Virus record (IMG/VR): IMGVR_UViG_3300040811_001959 | Origin: a virus | Taxonomy: Duplodnaviria; Caudoviricetes | Length of the DNA: 64,000 nucleotides | Direction: 5' to 3' (one strand) | Part shown: positions 18,301 to 26,523 of the stretch, piece by piece | Layout of the letters: each line of letters starts with the position of its first letter | How positions within the stretch are numbered: the stretch's first letter is position 1 | Made by a program: the position numbers and the translations under genes | The notes under the pieces: model-generated | Database searches by the model: none | The model's input: the letters and a program-made list of their open reading frames with translations, nothing else | What the model was told of the DNA's origin: nothing

Positions 18301-19845
18301 ACTAGAATATAAAGGTTCATTAGATACAGGAGCTTGTACTAATGTAGGAATACTATTCGGATTGCCTGCTGTGATTGCATCTTCTACAATTTGCAATAAA
18401 GCCGCAGCCAGACTAACTTCTGTAGCAGTAGAAGCAGGATTAGATATATCTTGACTACTTGCAGTTGAAATAGGACTCCAATTAATATCTGCTTGGATAA
18501 TATTTCCTAAAACAACTGAAAGATAATCATATGCATCTGCTGTAGCAGTTGCTTCATTTTGGCCTAATTGGCTCACTCCGTTGACATAATAAGATTGAGC
18601 TGCAGTTACTGATGCACTGTTACCTCCGGATATAATACTGCTATTATTTCCATACATGATGTCGTAGCACAAAGCATCAATTAAATATCCAACATCTCTA
18701 TAACATTTTGAACTATCGTAATTAAGTGTAGGATATTCTTGATTAATATAAGCGATTATTTCTTCTTGAGCAAAAGTCCTATTTGCAACAAGCTGAAGCA
18801 TGGCATTATATTGATTTGTAGTTGTTCCTGATGCAGCAGGAAAATTTAATGTTGCTACAATATCGTTTTCAATAATATTTGTTATGATATCAAAATTTGC
18901 ATCACTAGCTGCCTGTGCAGTTGGATTAGCTGTTAGATAACCGTTTACTTCACCTTTTGCAAAATTAATAGAACCAAGTGTTTGTATACTTTGATATGTT
19001 TGATTTGAGCTGGCATTTGCCCTTTTATAAGATAAACCTGCAGTTACAGAATTATAATTTGTTCCTAAAACAAAATCATATGTAACTGCATCAATAATTA
19101 GACCTGTGTCTCTTTCACACTTAACTGTATCAAAATAATTGTTGAAATAAACAAAATTATATTCAATAAATTCTATTGTTTCTTTTTGAATGTATCTTCT
19201 ATTGTCTTCTAATAATCTTTTTGCATTGTAAGCTTCGGTTCCGGGATCAACATTTGGAATTTGTCCTAAACTTGCTGCAATCTGACAAGCTCTTTTAATT
19301 GTTTTTACAGGTGCATTTACACCGTCATTTAGGTCATCGCCGTATCTGTCAGACGCAAAAACCCTGTTGCCGCCAAAAAAGTCAGTCTTACTCCATGTTG
19401 TATTTCCTTTGCCATCGTTTCCAAGTAAACTAAAATCAATAGGTTGTTCAGCAGGTAATTTTAGTATATAATTTTGTTCTATGGTATCAGGAGCTTGAAT
19501 AGCAATATATTTGTTATTTGCATTATCAAAAAGAGTGAATGTTTCTGCACCGTTTAGAGTTAACGGTCCTGAAAAAGTTATACCTCCTGCAGTAATTGAA
19601 ATTTTTTCAGTACCGTTAACATTTAATTGAATTGAACTTAGATCAGGATCACTGTTAGTATTTGTAATAACACTGGTGGTGTCATCAAAAATTTGTTTGG
19701 TAGTATCAACAATGTCATTGTTTAAATTTTTTAAAAAAATCTTACCATCTGCATAATTAATTGCAATTTCGCCATATTCAAGGTCGTTAATAGTAGGAAT
19801 TTTATTATTTACACCACTTCTTTTTAGTTTTAAAACTGTTGCCAT
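12388..19845 (-). CDS. Long tail fibre (2485 aa) with beta-helix domain and C-terminal intramolecular chaperone (peptidase S74)
   Basis: C-terminal SDARLKEN..LxGVYY plus coiled coil; fibre knot motifs AGNDG.GSGLDAD..DG; N-terminal LKLKRS..VPT..L..GE.A.NY.DGK.F attachment motif. Confidence 0.85.
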   Translation of the reverse strand: MATVLKLKRSGVNNKIPTINDLEYGEIAINYADGKIFLKNLNNDIVDTTKQIFDDTTSVITNTNSDPDLSSIQLNVNGTEKISITAGGITFSGPLTLNGAETFTLFDNANNKYIAIQAPDTIEQNYILKLPAEQPIDFSLLGNDGKGNTTWSKTDFFGGNRVFASDRYGDDLNDGVNAPVKTIKRACQIAASLGQIPNVDPGTEAYNAKRLLEDNRRYIQKETIEFIEYNFVYFNNYFDTVKCERDTGLIIDAVTYDFVLGTNYNSVTAGLSYKRANASSNQTYQSIQTLGSINFAKGEVNGYLTANPTAQAASDANFDIITNIIENDIVATLNFPAASGTTTNQYNAMLQLVANRTFAQEEIIAYINQEYPTLNYDSSKCYRDVGYLIDALCYDIMYGNNSSIISGGNSASVTAAQSYYVNGVSQLGQNEATATADAYDYLSVVLGNIIQADINWSPISTASSQDISNPASTATEVSLAAALLQIVEDAITAGNPNSIPTLVQAPVSNEPLYSSFTNVQNLRGTTISATINFITTTYNNLTYNSATCERDVGLIVDAVVFDLILGGNEKSVEAGESYLTVTEVINNQKTATVESIKFIRDLSISIINSADHPAKYQNIVQQVKYPALTASTTETDILALYNIIVDILDTETAYSGTVTAASFRTIPVTVNVASGDFYVDNPIIIPDLVSVVGDSLRAVVIRPLNANKDMFRVRNGAYLTGITFRDGLDNDLRPDYTFDFAVAFDDPTDSSVDRTGYFGLSKDKPTITLSPYIQNSSIISFLGGNGVKVDGSKVLTPNIPQFPDEAEFPVNLTDGVPEQGKSMVANAFTMVSFGGTGWLVTNDGYAQIVSCFQIFCLNGSYCQSGGYLSITNSATNFGYFALRATGYSQNSFTFDRGLIANIGTSNGVFTITSIGTGRRVIEQFVIRIKDATTNLDITSSFKAVQPIKTFDAAVDIDATLNQITIVGHGILDSTPAQYSNDGNIDIPGLVDQAIYYIKTIDEDTIELYNDEGLLAQIDITAVGVGNHKLLLFPEEFFVDRMIDYHNNYQTLNLDPGTYSFSPGDSIVGETDGFENNAYVYSYNSATNVLVVSVEYSVINELQQRVFWSATSSITSINGSSSNIGVAGTASRTDLWTSQFQIQSTVEGNTFLQYAQALLQKINFHRPSIVNSSAHTWEYAGSGIDYNALPQNGGLGRGASFEQISELPGRVYSSGTNELGDFKVGDFIVAENKSGNIIFRTEVQITTLAVLKLSLSDVEVDAISTDVDLGDNEPGGALNSRLSTQLAVRSFFANRLGDVLDKQASSNAVPGALVLLNSQGQINADLLPPSRGVTTYNVDSYEGRFTLWNTVPVTEILSGDNASETYDQIELTLTSATYIVKGVFLIQDSSGASGTVKEAVINGTTLILVNPTGTFNTSNQLIDNGTFLGAASVPTVVGPVTTIVENYFLNNDNTNQFLVLDPSQSYNFSTTVSVIGAVSGAEGNLVNGPTGTGSVSPLRLGILYTLNITNGGSGYSNGGNTIVYNAVLYGNGASNTLGNVTVSNGVITNIDIVDASEYWTVGDTITVSNADFSGTGSGFAGVVTSIQNRLFLELTGSYIKFSPSAAIPDYITDANAPIFGVNQTGSIVKSFNAADIAQSGDVDYANNYINITAHGFADGDPVRYSNGGNLTITGLTNNTTYFVKVITTDSIELYTNYAFTSGTAVSLSGSSTGSHNLTRYEINVDENRIIYPSHGLTVGTPVRLSSSSLMPGGLNDFSSYWIGSVTTNSFSLHNNVADATSSVNGATTSAVDITDVGAGTLSVREQNVKVIGAYNYSSSVATNWSGIAQSTIDASNIVSGVITTSRLAAAGSASNKTFLRGDSSWQYALQNIRPNTNSPITFTGDYFTTSNINYYYNSLVIDITRASDQASNPNDNTYSSEGLSSFLKSQFTVTNGKVSVKSGVIDAGLLGGFSAAYFLDPTNQSAAIGIAQGGTGLTTYSQGDLIYSGSNNSLTQLNIGLSDTVLVSNGTIPSWSNTISLGGTGAGMTILGNTVWHAGNDGTGSGLDADTVDGLDSGSFIRSDADDTSTGLLTLRRNGDEQIKIQTQSTTGNPYISFWQDTTRRAYIQYVNNSSLRLYNDRTDEYLDINDGINGLQYTAESNAYTVWHAGNDGPSSGLDADTLDGKHFPALGTSVSGADNYDVSVGTLWFYKTGQDSGKPASASAHAYALYQEGGAWSTPYPDLRINYHTGIKIGANSSYNGVRFTSDYDSDTVVFQVNGSSGYNYSGNWMNFGTQGIYSNANDAHWYPNTLTSYTPWRMNGSRGGYGGFLDSYSYMHYMGDSGGNGGIYFNNNSTSRWYLYHNRNNNCTGINTSTTSSSYGLYVDKAVYSTGDIVAYSDARLKENVVAVDDALNIVLKLQGVYYNRKDDEAKTRKVGVIAQDVEKILPEVVTYAADIDQYGVDYGKMAGVFIEAIKTQQKKIDKLENEIIELKDLVNKLLDRIK

Positions 19846-19863
19846 TAGGCAATCTCCTTTTGT

Positions 19864-20286
19864 TTAATATTCGCCACAATCTATTTCTGCAAGTCCTGCA
19901 ACGCCATTAATTTGAAAACCTCCATTTATGTTTAGAGCTCCATTTGCGGTTGCAAAGTTAATTGTAAAGTTGTCTGGTACAAGGAAATTTCTATTTACTT
20001 CTATCTTGCCGTCGGCTGCTGCTGTTTCTAATCTTAAATTGCTTTGTACAGTAGAAATTTTATTATCATCTATTACTACATCATGAATGATTGCACCGTC
20101 TGCGGATATTTCACCAACTGTTAAATCGCCTGTTATATCAAAATCAGAAGTTGGAGTAGTATTATTGACTCCTATACGTCGATTGTTTGTATCTAAATAT
20201 AATAAATTTGTATCAAAAACTAGATCTAATCCATTCCTAACTAGATTAGATTGTAAAAGCTGTCCACTAATCCTTCCTACTGCCAC
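19864..20286 (-). CDS. Short fibre-family virion protein (140 aa, GTG start)
   Basis: MAVGRISGQLL N-terminus shared with 24375..26513 (MALGRISGEML); AGGAG RBS. Confidence 0.7.
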   Translation of the reverse strand: MAVGRISGQLLQSNLVRNGLDLVFDTNLLYLDTNNRRIGVNNTTPTSDFDITGDLTVGEISADGAIIHDVVIDDNKISTVQSNLRLETAAADGKIEVNRNFLVPDNFTINFATANGALNINGGFQINGVAGLAEIDCGEY

Positions 20287-20313
20287 TTGTGTTCTCCTTA
20301 AGAATTACTACAG

Positions 20314-20320
20314 TATTTAG
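20314..20320 (-). promoter_or_regulatory. Late promoter variant CTAAATA
   Basis: Intergenic, 28 nt upstream of the GTG at 20286. Confidence 0.4.
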
Positions 20321-20403
20321 TAGGCAAAACCTTGTTAATGCAACCCTTTATTGTCTGCTAAACTTTTAGCTGTAATTTTAGCAATTGTCATTTTTTATTT
20401 TTC

Positions 20404-22224
20404 CTATCTTGCATTACTATATTTAAAAGGTTGCTCACTGAAGGCCATAAAGATGTACACCTGAGCGTCATTTGTTTCTGTGTTGCCTCCTGAACCTCTG
20501 AGTTTGAATCCATTTGAAACAAAATCAAAATCTAAAAAATCATTTGCCCCAATAAGAGTTGTTCCATTCCCTCTATATCCTTCTTGAGTACTTTGATTTG
20601 CCCATAATGTTTCTGGCCCTCCTGTTGGATTGTAAGAACTTCTTGAAGAATCAATCATTCCCCAACTGGAATACTCATGACTTGCATTAATATTTTTATA
20701 CATCACAAAAGCAGGACGGAATCCACAGTACACAAACGGCCCATCGGTTGACCCGTTGCCTGTGTAACTGCCGATCTTACTGTAGCCTTCTACCGAATGC
20801 CAGCAGTAGGCTATATGGTCATCATTATTAGTGTTTACACCAGTACTAAAGTTTGTAATAAAGTAAGAACTATTAACATTTCTGGTTCCAGACGATGAAG
20901 TGTCAACCGCTGCATTGGTCAGATTTAAAAATAAGGTATGTGACCAAGAATTTAATTCCCTGCTAAAAACATTCCAATCACTTGTAGAATTTGTTCTTTT
21001 AGTAATAATTAAATCAGGAGCAGTGCTTAACCCATGAGGTAGACTAGCAGTCCCATTACTGGATAAGTTTCCAACATACTTAATAATACTAAACCCTGCA
21101 GCTTGATTGATACTCATTAAAGTAGGTGTAATTACATTGCTAGCACCAGCATTTGTAGCTGCAGTGGCTAATGCACTACAACTGGTATCGTCTTGTGTGC
21201 CACTTGTATTTATTCGTTTAGCAGATCCAGTTGTTGATGTTGATCCACTAGGCGCACCTCCTGCTTTCCAACACCATGCGACATAATTTTTGTTAGAAGC
21301 GTTGACAGCAACTCCTGAGCTAGCTTTAAGAGTAATATCATTCGTTGAATTGTTGATGTCCAAATAATTATAGCTGAATTCTTCATCAGTTCCCTGAGTT
21401 GCTAAATAATTATCTACCCCACGAACAGTATCCATCACCCGATGTGGAGTGCTAGAATCTGTTCTTTGCTTAAACCATAATAAATCAGGGGAAAATCCGC
21501 AGTTTATTGTTTTATCTGTCCCACCATTCCCAGTATAAATCAACGCCTTAAAATAATCCTGCGGCACATCATCAGTAACGGTTGGGGTAAAGTCAGGCAG
21601 GTTGGCAGTACAAAGTGCTAGTGCGTCAGTTGGTGGTTGATAATAAAATGCGCCAATGCCGTTAGCGTCAGGAGCATCCGCTGATCCGCTAGTTTTATTT
21701 CCACCGAAAGAAGGGTCTTGTCCAAAGTTGCACTGATAGTTCATACTTCCTCCACTACTATCTGACGCACAACCAATATATAAAGGATAATCAGTGTTAG
21801 GTACGGCACTACTAGCAACTTGGCTCCCATTTTTGTAAAAATAAACCGTGTTCACAGATGTGTCATATAAAATACCCATGACATCATTTTCAGTAAAAGT
21901 TGTTAAACCAGTTTGAGTTGTAGTGCTAAATATCGCTCCATCACTACGATAATGAATCCTAGAGTCCCAACTTGTTGGATTTGCAAATACACCGATACTC
22001 CAGAAAGTACCTGATTTACTACCTATATAAATTTCACAGTAACTGTCTTCATTACCCAATGCATCAATCGTCATCGATGATAGAGCAATTCTTTGGTCAG
22101 TTGTTGGACTTGCCCACTTTAAATTGCCATCAGCAAATGTTCCGCTGGGATTGTTTAACGGATTCAACGTACAGAAATTATTCGTTGGACTGTCCGGTAC
22201 AATATCGTGTGTTGAAAAAGCCAT
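20404..22224 (-). CDS. Fibre/receptor-binding distal module with SPRY/B30.2-like (ConA-like) domain (606 aa)
   Basis: DSPTNNFCTLNPL..GNLK; SPRY-like ENDVMGILYD..VYFYKNG; CFSPDLLWFKQR; GFRPAFVMYK; YIFMAFSEQPFK..NAR motifs recalled from marine myovirus fibres. Confidence 0.7.
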   Translation of the reverse strand: MAFSTHDIVPDSPTNNFCTLNPLNNPSGTFADGNLKWASPTTDQRIALSSMTIDALGNEDSYCEIYIGSKSGTFWSIGVFANPTSWDSRIHYRSDGAIFSTTTQTGLTTFTENDVMGILYDTSVNTVYFYKNGSQVASSAVPNTDYPLYIGCASDSSGGSMNYQCNFGQDPSFGGNKTSGSADAPDANGIGAFYYQPPTDALALCTANLPDFTPTVTDDVPQDYFKALIYTGNGGTDKTINCGFSPDLLWFKQRTDSSTPHRVMDTVRGVDNYLATQGTDEEFSYNYLDINNSTNDITLKASSGVAVNASNKNYVAWCWKAGGAPSGSTSTTGSAKRINTSGTQDDTSCSALATAATNAGASNVITPTLMSINQAAGFSIIKYVGNLSSNGTASLPHGLSTAPDLIITKRTNSTSDWNVFSRELNSWSHTLFLNLTNAAVDTSSSGTRNVNSSYFITNFSTGVNTNNDDHIAYCWHSVEGYSKIGSYTGNGSTDGPFVYCGFRPAFVMYKNINASHEYSSWGMIDSSRSSYNPTGGPETLWANQSTQEGYRGNGTTLIGANDFLDFDFVSNGFKLRGSGGNTETNDAQVYIFMAFSEQPFKYSNAR

Positions 22225-22233
22225 AGTTACTCC

Positions 22234-24378
22234 TTAGTTTGCTTGCCAGTGGTTGCCGTTACCACTAGAGTCTTTACCTAAATCATCATTTAATGGATAA
22301 TGTGCAATCAATCCATTGGTAATTTCCTCTTTATTGTAAAGAGATGTGATTTCACTAGCTGACAATGGAGAGCTAAACAATTTAATATTGGCAAGTTTTC
22401 CAGTGTAATAACTTGTATATACTGAATGTAAAAGTCTTTTACCAAAATGTAAGGTAGATGATCCAGCCCATGATATTGTATGACTATTAGTGTCTACTGC
22501 TCCATTATTCAGAACTAGTTTGTGGGCTGAAATAGTTACTTCAAAGTAAACATGATTCCAACCTATAACAAGTGAACCCGTGCTCGCCAATTCGCTATTA
22601 CCGGGTGGGCTTTCGTTGTAAAGCTGTATTTTTGCCTTGCCATTTGACAGAAATAAATCAAACCCCTTCCACCAAGTATTGTGATATACCGTTCTGTTAA
22701 TCACTCCAGTAGTATCTGTGCCATCATAATAAATCCAAGCAGATATATAATATGTAGTAGCAGTGCTTGGTATGGCGATGTATTGACTGCCATCAAATTT
22801 TGCTACATTGTCACCATAATCAGCATCGTACACCAAAGTGACACCGTAATTGGTTCCATTATTACCTCCAACCACATCTGATTCTATTGCGTTCTTAGAG
22901 TCAAATCGTAACCAAAATCCGTTTGTTCCATAAGTACCCGAATATGTTTTCGGCGTCCAGATACCATTTACAGGTTCTCCAAAATCGCTGGCAGACAATG
23001 CTTGTCCGTCTATGAATTGAATGTTGGCTAGGTAGCCGTAAAATACCTGCCCCGGTGCTTGCCCATTACCAATCCTGTGCTGATTTAATGTATTTACATA
23101 TGTTGAGTAATTAGGTGCTGGGGGAATATTACTTGATAAATCTGATACACGTTCCCCATTTACAAATAATTTATATCTATCATCGCCAGTTGAGTTTGTT
23201 GTGTCACAAACAAAAATCAAATGATACCAAGATGAATTGTCCCTATATTTTGCAGTGGAAATAATTTCTCCAGTTTTACTGGTATGGTATGAGTGGATAT
23301 TGATTTCATCTGACGTTTGAAATAACATTACTAGATAATCATTTCCATCTAACTTTGCTTCAAATATATTTTGATTACCACTTGAAGAATTAACTGATTT
23401 TTTGACCCAACAAGAATATGTAAATGTAGTGCTACTACTGCCTGTTGTTGTTGTAGGAGTCCTACTCAAATAACTAGTCCCATCAAACCGTAAGCTATTT
23501 TCAATTCCAGCTTTCTGCACAATGTTGACTGTTCTAGTTGTTTCAATCTGAGTTGCTCCAGGGTCTGAACCTGTGCTAAATGCTTTCACTGTTGGACTGT
23601 ATGTTGTATCACTGCTGACATTAGCCAAACTACCACTTATCAATCCAGTAGTTGAATTTAATGCGAGTCCACTTGGAAGATTTGTTGCTGCATAGGTGAC
23701 AACATCTCCGTCGGGGTCTATTGCTGTAGGCAACTGAATGTCTACAGCACTTCTAAAGATTGCATGAACTGTTTTGATTGTCTCATTTGGAGTGATAGAC
23801 CAAACCGGCTTGTTGTCAACATATAACACATTTTGTGCTATTACACCTAGTCCACTTGCCTTCACTACACGCACATCGTATGGTTCTTCTGCAGAATCCA
23901 AATCACTGGTGTTCACTGTGATCGAGAGTTCTGTTCCACTTACAAGAGTTGTACTAACCGGCACAATGTCTGTGTTTCCATTTGCCGGCACAAGTCTTAC
24001 ATATGTTCCAGAATCAAAGCCATTTCCTGTAATGGTGATTGATTGTGTGCTGGCAACTTCAGTTGTGCTGATGTGTGTTGGTGAAATACTAGCAATTGCT
24101 GGTGGGGCATCGTTAATCTTAATCCAACCGGCCACACTATCATAAAGTTCATAGTGTTCAAGTTGTATGTTGTACCTTATCATTCCAGTGACGGGACTGG
24201 ATGGTCGTTGTGCAGTTGTTCCTTTTGGTACAAGAATTGCATCAGTACGACCACCTATATCCAAGCTTACTGCAGGTGTATTACCATCAAATCCTATATT
24301 ACCCTCAGTATTAAAATTACCATTTGTTACATTAGTGGTACTATAATTTAAATCTACTAAATCTCTTACTCTACTCAT
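22234..24378 (-). CDS. Fibre proximal module with IPT/TIG, Ig-like and LamG/ConA-like domains (714 aa)
   Basis: VPKGTTAQRP..GMIRYN; ASISPT..ITGNGF (IPT); DPDGD.VTY..NLPSGL..TGLISG (Ig-like); FT.S.WVK..WYHL (LamG); YGTNGFWL; LGKDSSGNGNHW. Confidence 0.75.
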   Translation of the reverse strand: MSRVRDLVDLNYSTTNVTNGNFNTEGNIGFDGNTPAVSLDIGGRTDAILVPKGTTAQRPSSPVTGMIRYNIQLEHYELYDSVAGWIKINDAPPAIASISPTHISTTEVASTQSITITGNGFDSGTYVRLVPANGNTDIVPVSTTLVSGTELSITVNTSDLDSAEEPYDVRVVKASGLGVIAQNVLYVDNKPVWSITPNETIKTVHAIFRSAVDIQLPTAIDPDGDVVTYAATNLPSGLALNSTTGLISGSLANVSSDTTYSPTVKAFSTGSDPGATQIETTRTVNIVQKAGIENSLRFDGTSYLSRTPTTTTGSSSTTFTYSCWVKKSVNSSSGNQNIFEAKLDGNDYLVMLFQTSDEINIHSYHTSKTGEIISTAKYRDNSSWYHLIFVCDTTNSTGDDRYKLFVNGERVSDLSSNIPPAPNYSTYVNTLNQHRIGNGQAPGQVFYGYLANIQFIDGQALSASDFGEPVNGIWTPKTYSGTYGTNGFWLRFDSKNAIESDVVGGNNGTNYGVTLVYDADYGDNVAKFDGSQYIAIPSTATTYYISAWIYYDGTDTTGVINRTVYHNTWWKGFDLFLSNGKAKIQLYNESPPGNSELASTGSLVIGWNHVYFEVTISAHKLVLNNGAVDTNSHTISWAGSSTLHFGKRLLHSVYTSYYTGKLANIKLFSSPLSASEITSLYNKEEITNGLIAHYPLNDDLGKDSSGNGNHWQAN

Positions 24379-26513
24379 ACTGGCAAATACCTTATATCAA
24401 TACTTTGGTCTTGAAGTGGCGCAACTCCAAAACGTAAAGTAGTACTATTAATTATACTATAATCTTCTGGAGGTAAAATATAACCGTCTAGAATAACAAA
24501 AATATCATGTACAGTGTGACCTGATTCTATTGTAAAATCTACAGTTGCATTGTCACCTGTATACTGGTTACTACTGTATGTTAAGTTTAGTTTTTCATTT
24601 GTGACACTGGTGTCTTGTAATTTAGCTGTGCTTATGCTATTATCAGCAACTGTTACTACAGGTGATTGGAAACTATATGAGCTGTCACCATCTGATGTTA
24701 ATACTAAACCACTTGTAGTAGTTGGTGTATTAGTAGTAAAATCTACATCAATTGCCTTTGATAACTCAATCACAGCATTCCCAAAAATTTGTAAGTCAGT
24801 AGTACTAATGGCCTTACCAATCATACCTAATGTAGTAGGAGTTGTAGTTAGTGATCCTAGCGGGTTTACATAGTATACAGTATCTTTTACTAAACCTGTT
24901 TGACTTCTATTTATTGCACCTGATAAATCAATTAAACCTGTAGCAGTGTCTGCAATATCTTCTGCAGCAATACCTATCCACGATGATGCATTAGAATTGA
25001 TAGAAGCAAATGTAGAATAAGTTAGATAAGCAGGTCCTGTGCCGTAAACACCAACAACTCTATCAATACCAACTGTGGCTTTATATTGTTCTCCAGTATC
25101 ATATTTAAACATATTAGGTGTTTCAATACTATTTGCTAATGAAGGAGTTCCGTTATTAAATACGACATCTGCAGTGTATTCTTCACCGCCAGCATAAGGG
25201 AATTTCTTATAATAAAAATAAAATTGATCAATTAATTCTAAATATACCATTCCTAACCCAAGTACATCACTAGTACCTGTGAATTCTACAGTATTAAAAG
25301 TTAAGGTGTTAGTAACATTATCTATAGTTACTTCTCCTAACGAGGCTTTAAAATTAGTGGAAATATAAGGTAAATATATTTTACCTTCACTTGTTTTATA
25401 ATAAGGATTTCCAGGAGCATTATTATTAGGAATTGTAGTATACGCACCAAAAGTAATTGAATTATCACTATTAATTTGTGCAACTGCGGCTACTCTACCA
25501 TTAGCATCATGTCCTACAAAAAATCTTTGTGCTGTTTGATCATAAGCAACACCTGTCCATGTTGGACCTCCTGAAGCAGTTAATGATTGTCTTGTTCCTA
25601 AAACAATATTTTGACCATCTACATAACCTGCGTTACACCTCACATCTTGATAAGCACCGTAAATAACTAAAAACTTACCACTATCTGTATCATAGCCTAT
25701 GCTAACGTTGTTTATATTGGGGTTATCTGTATCAGCAGCAATATTTCCCATTGTAATAGTGTTTGTTGCAGGGTCAATTTCAAAAGCAGCTACCCGTAAA
25801 CCACCATCAGCATAGTTAGATCCACTACCTACCCAAGCACATATAATTTTATTTGCGTTTTTATCAATTGTTACCGATAACTCATTAGTAGTATAATTAT
25901 AAAATTGTAATTCAATTCCAAGTGTAAAACCTGTAGATGTTGCTTGAGCAACTACAGCATATAATGCGCCTCCGTTACTTCTAAACACAACATATCTATC
26001 CGTGACTTGGTCATAAATTACATTTGCTGCGAAGTATGGATCAGTTGCTAATGAATTAGAATCAGTAGCCAAAGCACTTAGGCCTGATGTACCCAAAAAG
26101 GTGGCTTTTACATAACTACCATTATCATATACTACAATATCTCCTGCAGCAAAATTGTCACTCGCTGTAATTAATTTTTGACCGCTTCCTATAGTATCAG
26201 TATCTAAACCTATACCATTTAATAACAATGCACCGTCTGTTGCTAAAGACATTGTTAAATTGTTATTATAAGCAAAATTTAGGGTATCTTGAGCATCCAT
26301 GAATATTGTCCACTCCATGGATAAATCTCCTAGTACTGTAAGGGTGTTCGCCCGTGCAGTGCCTGTTACATCTAATTCTACACCCGGACTGGTATTTTTT
26401 ATGCCAATTTTACCATCTGTTGTGATAGTAAGTGCATCATTATTAAATGTTAAGTTTCCTGTGAGATTTAAATTTTGCTCTAGCATTTCGCCAGATATGC
26501 GTCCTAATGCCAC
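24375..26513 (-). CDS. Virion fibre/appendage protein (712 aa) with central probable beta-propeller
   Basis: MALGRISG N-terminus; repeated (S/G)V(T/A)YD..(K/R)(F/Y)LV motif; C-terminal YTGD...F..DGYI.P.EDY..LRF..AP. Confidence 0.65.
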   Translation of the reverse strand: MALGRISGEMLEQNLNLTGNLTFNNDALTITTDGKIGIKNTSPGVELDVTGTARANTLTVLGDLSMEWTIFMDAQDTLNFAYNNNLTMSLATDGALLLNGIGLDTDTIGSGQKLITASDNFAAGDIVVYDNGSYVKATFLGTSGLSALATDSNSLATDPYFAANVIYDQVTDRYVVFRSNGGALYAVVAQATSTGFTLGIELQFYNYTTNELSVTIDKNANKIICAWVGSGSNYADGGLRVAAFEIDPATNTITMGNIAADTDNPNINNVSIGYDTDSGKFLVIYGAYQDVRCNAGYVDGQNIVLGTRQSLTASGGPTWTGVAYDQTAQRFFVGHDANGRVAAVAQINSDNSITFGAYTTIPNNNAPGNPYYKTSEGKIYLPYISTNFKASLGEVTIDNVTNTLTFNTVEFTGTSDVLGLGMVYLELIDQFYFYYKKFPYAGGEEYTADVVFNNGTPSLANSIETPNMFKYDTGEQYKATVGIDRVVGVYGTGPAYLTYSTFASINSNASSWIGIAAEDIADTATGLIDLSGAINRSQTGLVKDTVYYVNPLGSLTTTPTTLGMIGKAISTTDLQIFGNAVIELSKAIDVDFTTNTPTTTSGLVLTSDGDSSYSFQSPVVTVADNSISTAKLQDTSVTNEKLNLTYSSNQYTGDNATVDFTIESGHTVHDIFVILDGYILPPEDYSIINSTTLRFGVAPLQDQSIDIRYLPV

Positions 26514-26523
26514 TCATTGTTCC

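Noticed and set aside
20330-20400. Short GCTAAA/TTTAGC repeats after the SPRY gene
   Set aside because: Weak, AT-rich stems; at most an ordinary terminator and not enough support to call
22234-22236. Genome-wide stop-codon reassignment suggested by the in-frame TAA
   Set aside because: TAA, TAG and TGA all end well-defined genes and multi-kb ORFs stay open under code 11
12388-24378. Diversity-generating retroelement targeting fibre tips
   Set aside because: No reverse transcriptase and no ~100-nt TR/VR pair with adenine-specific mismatches seen by eye
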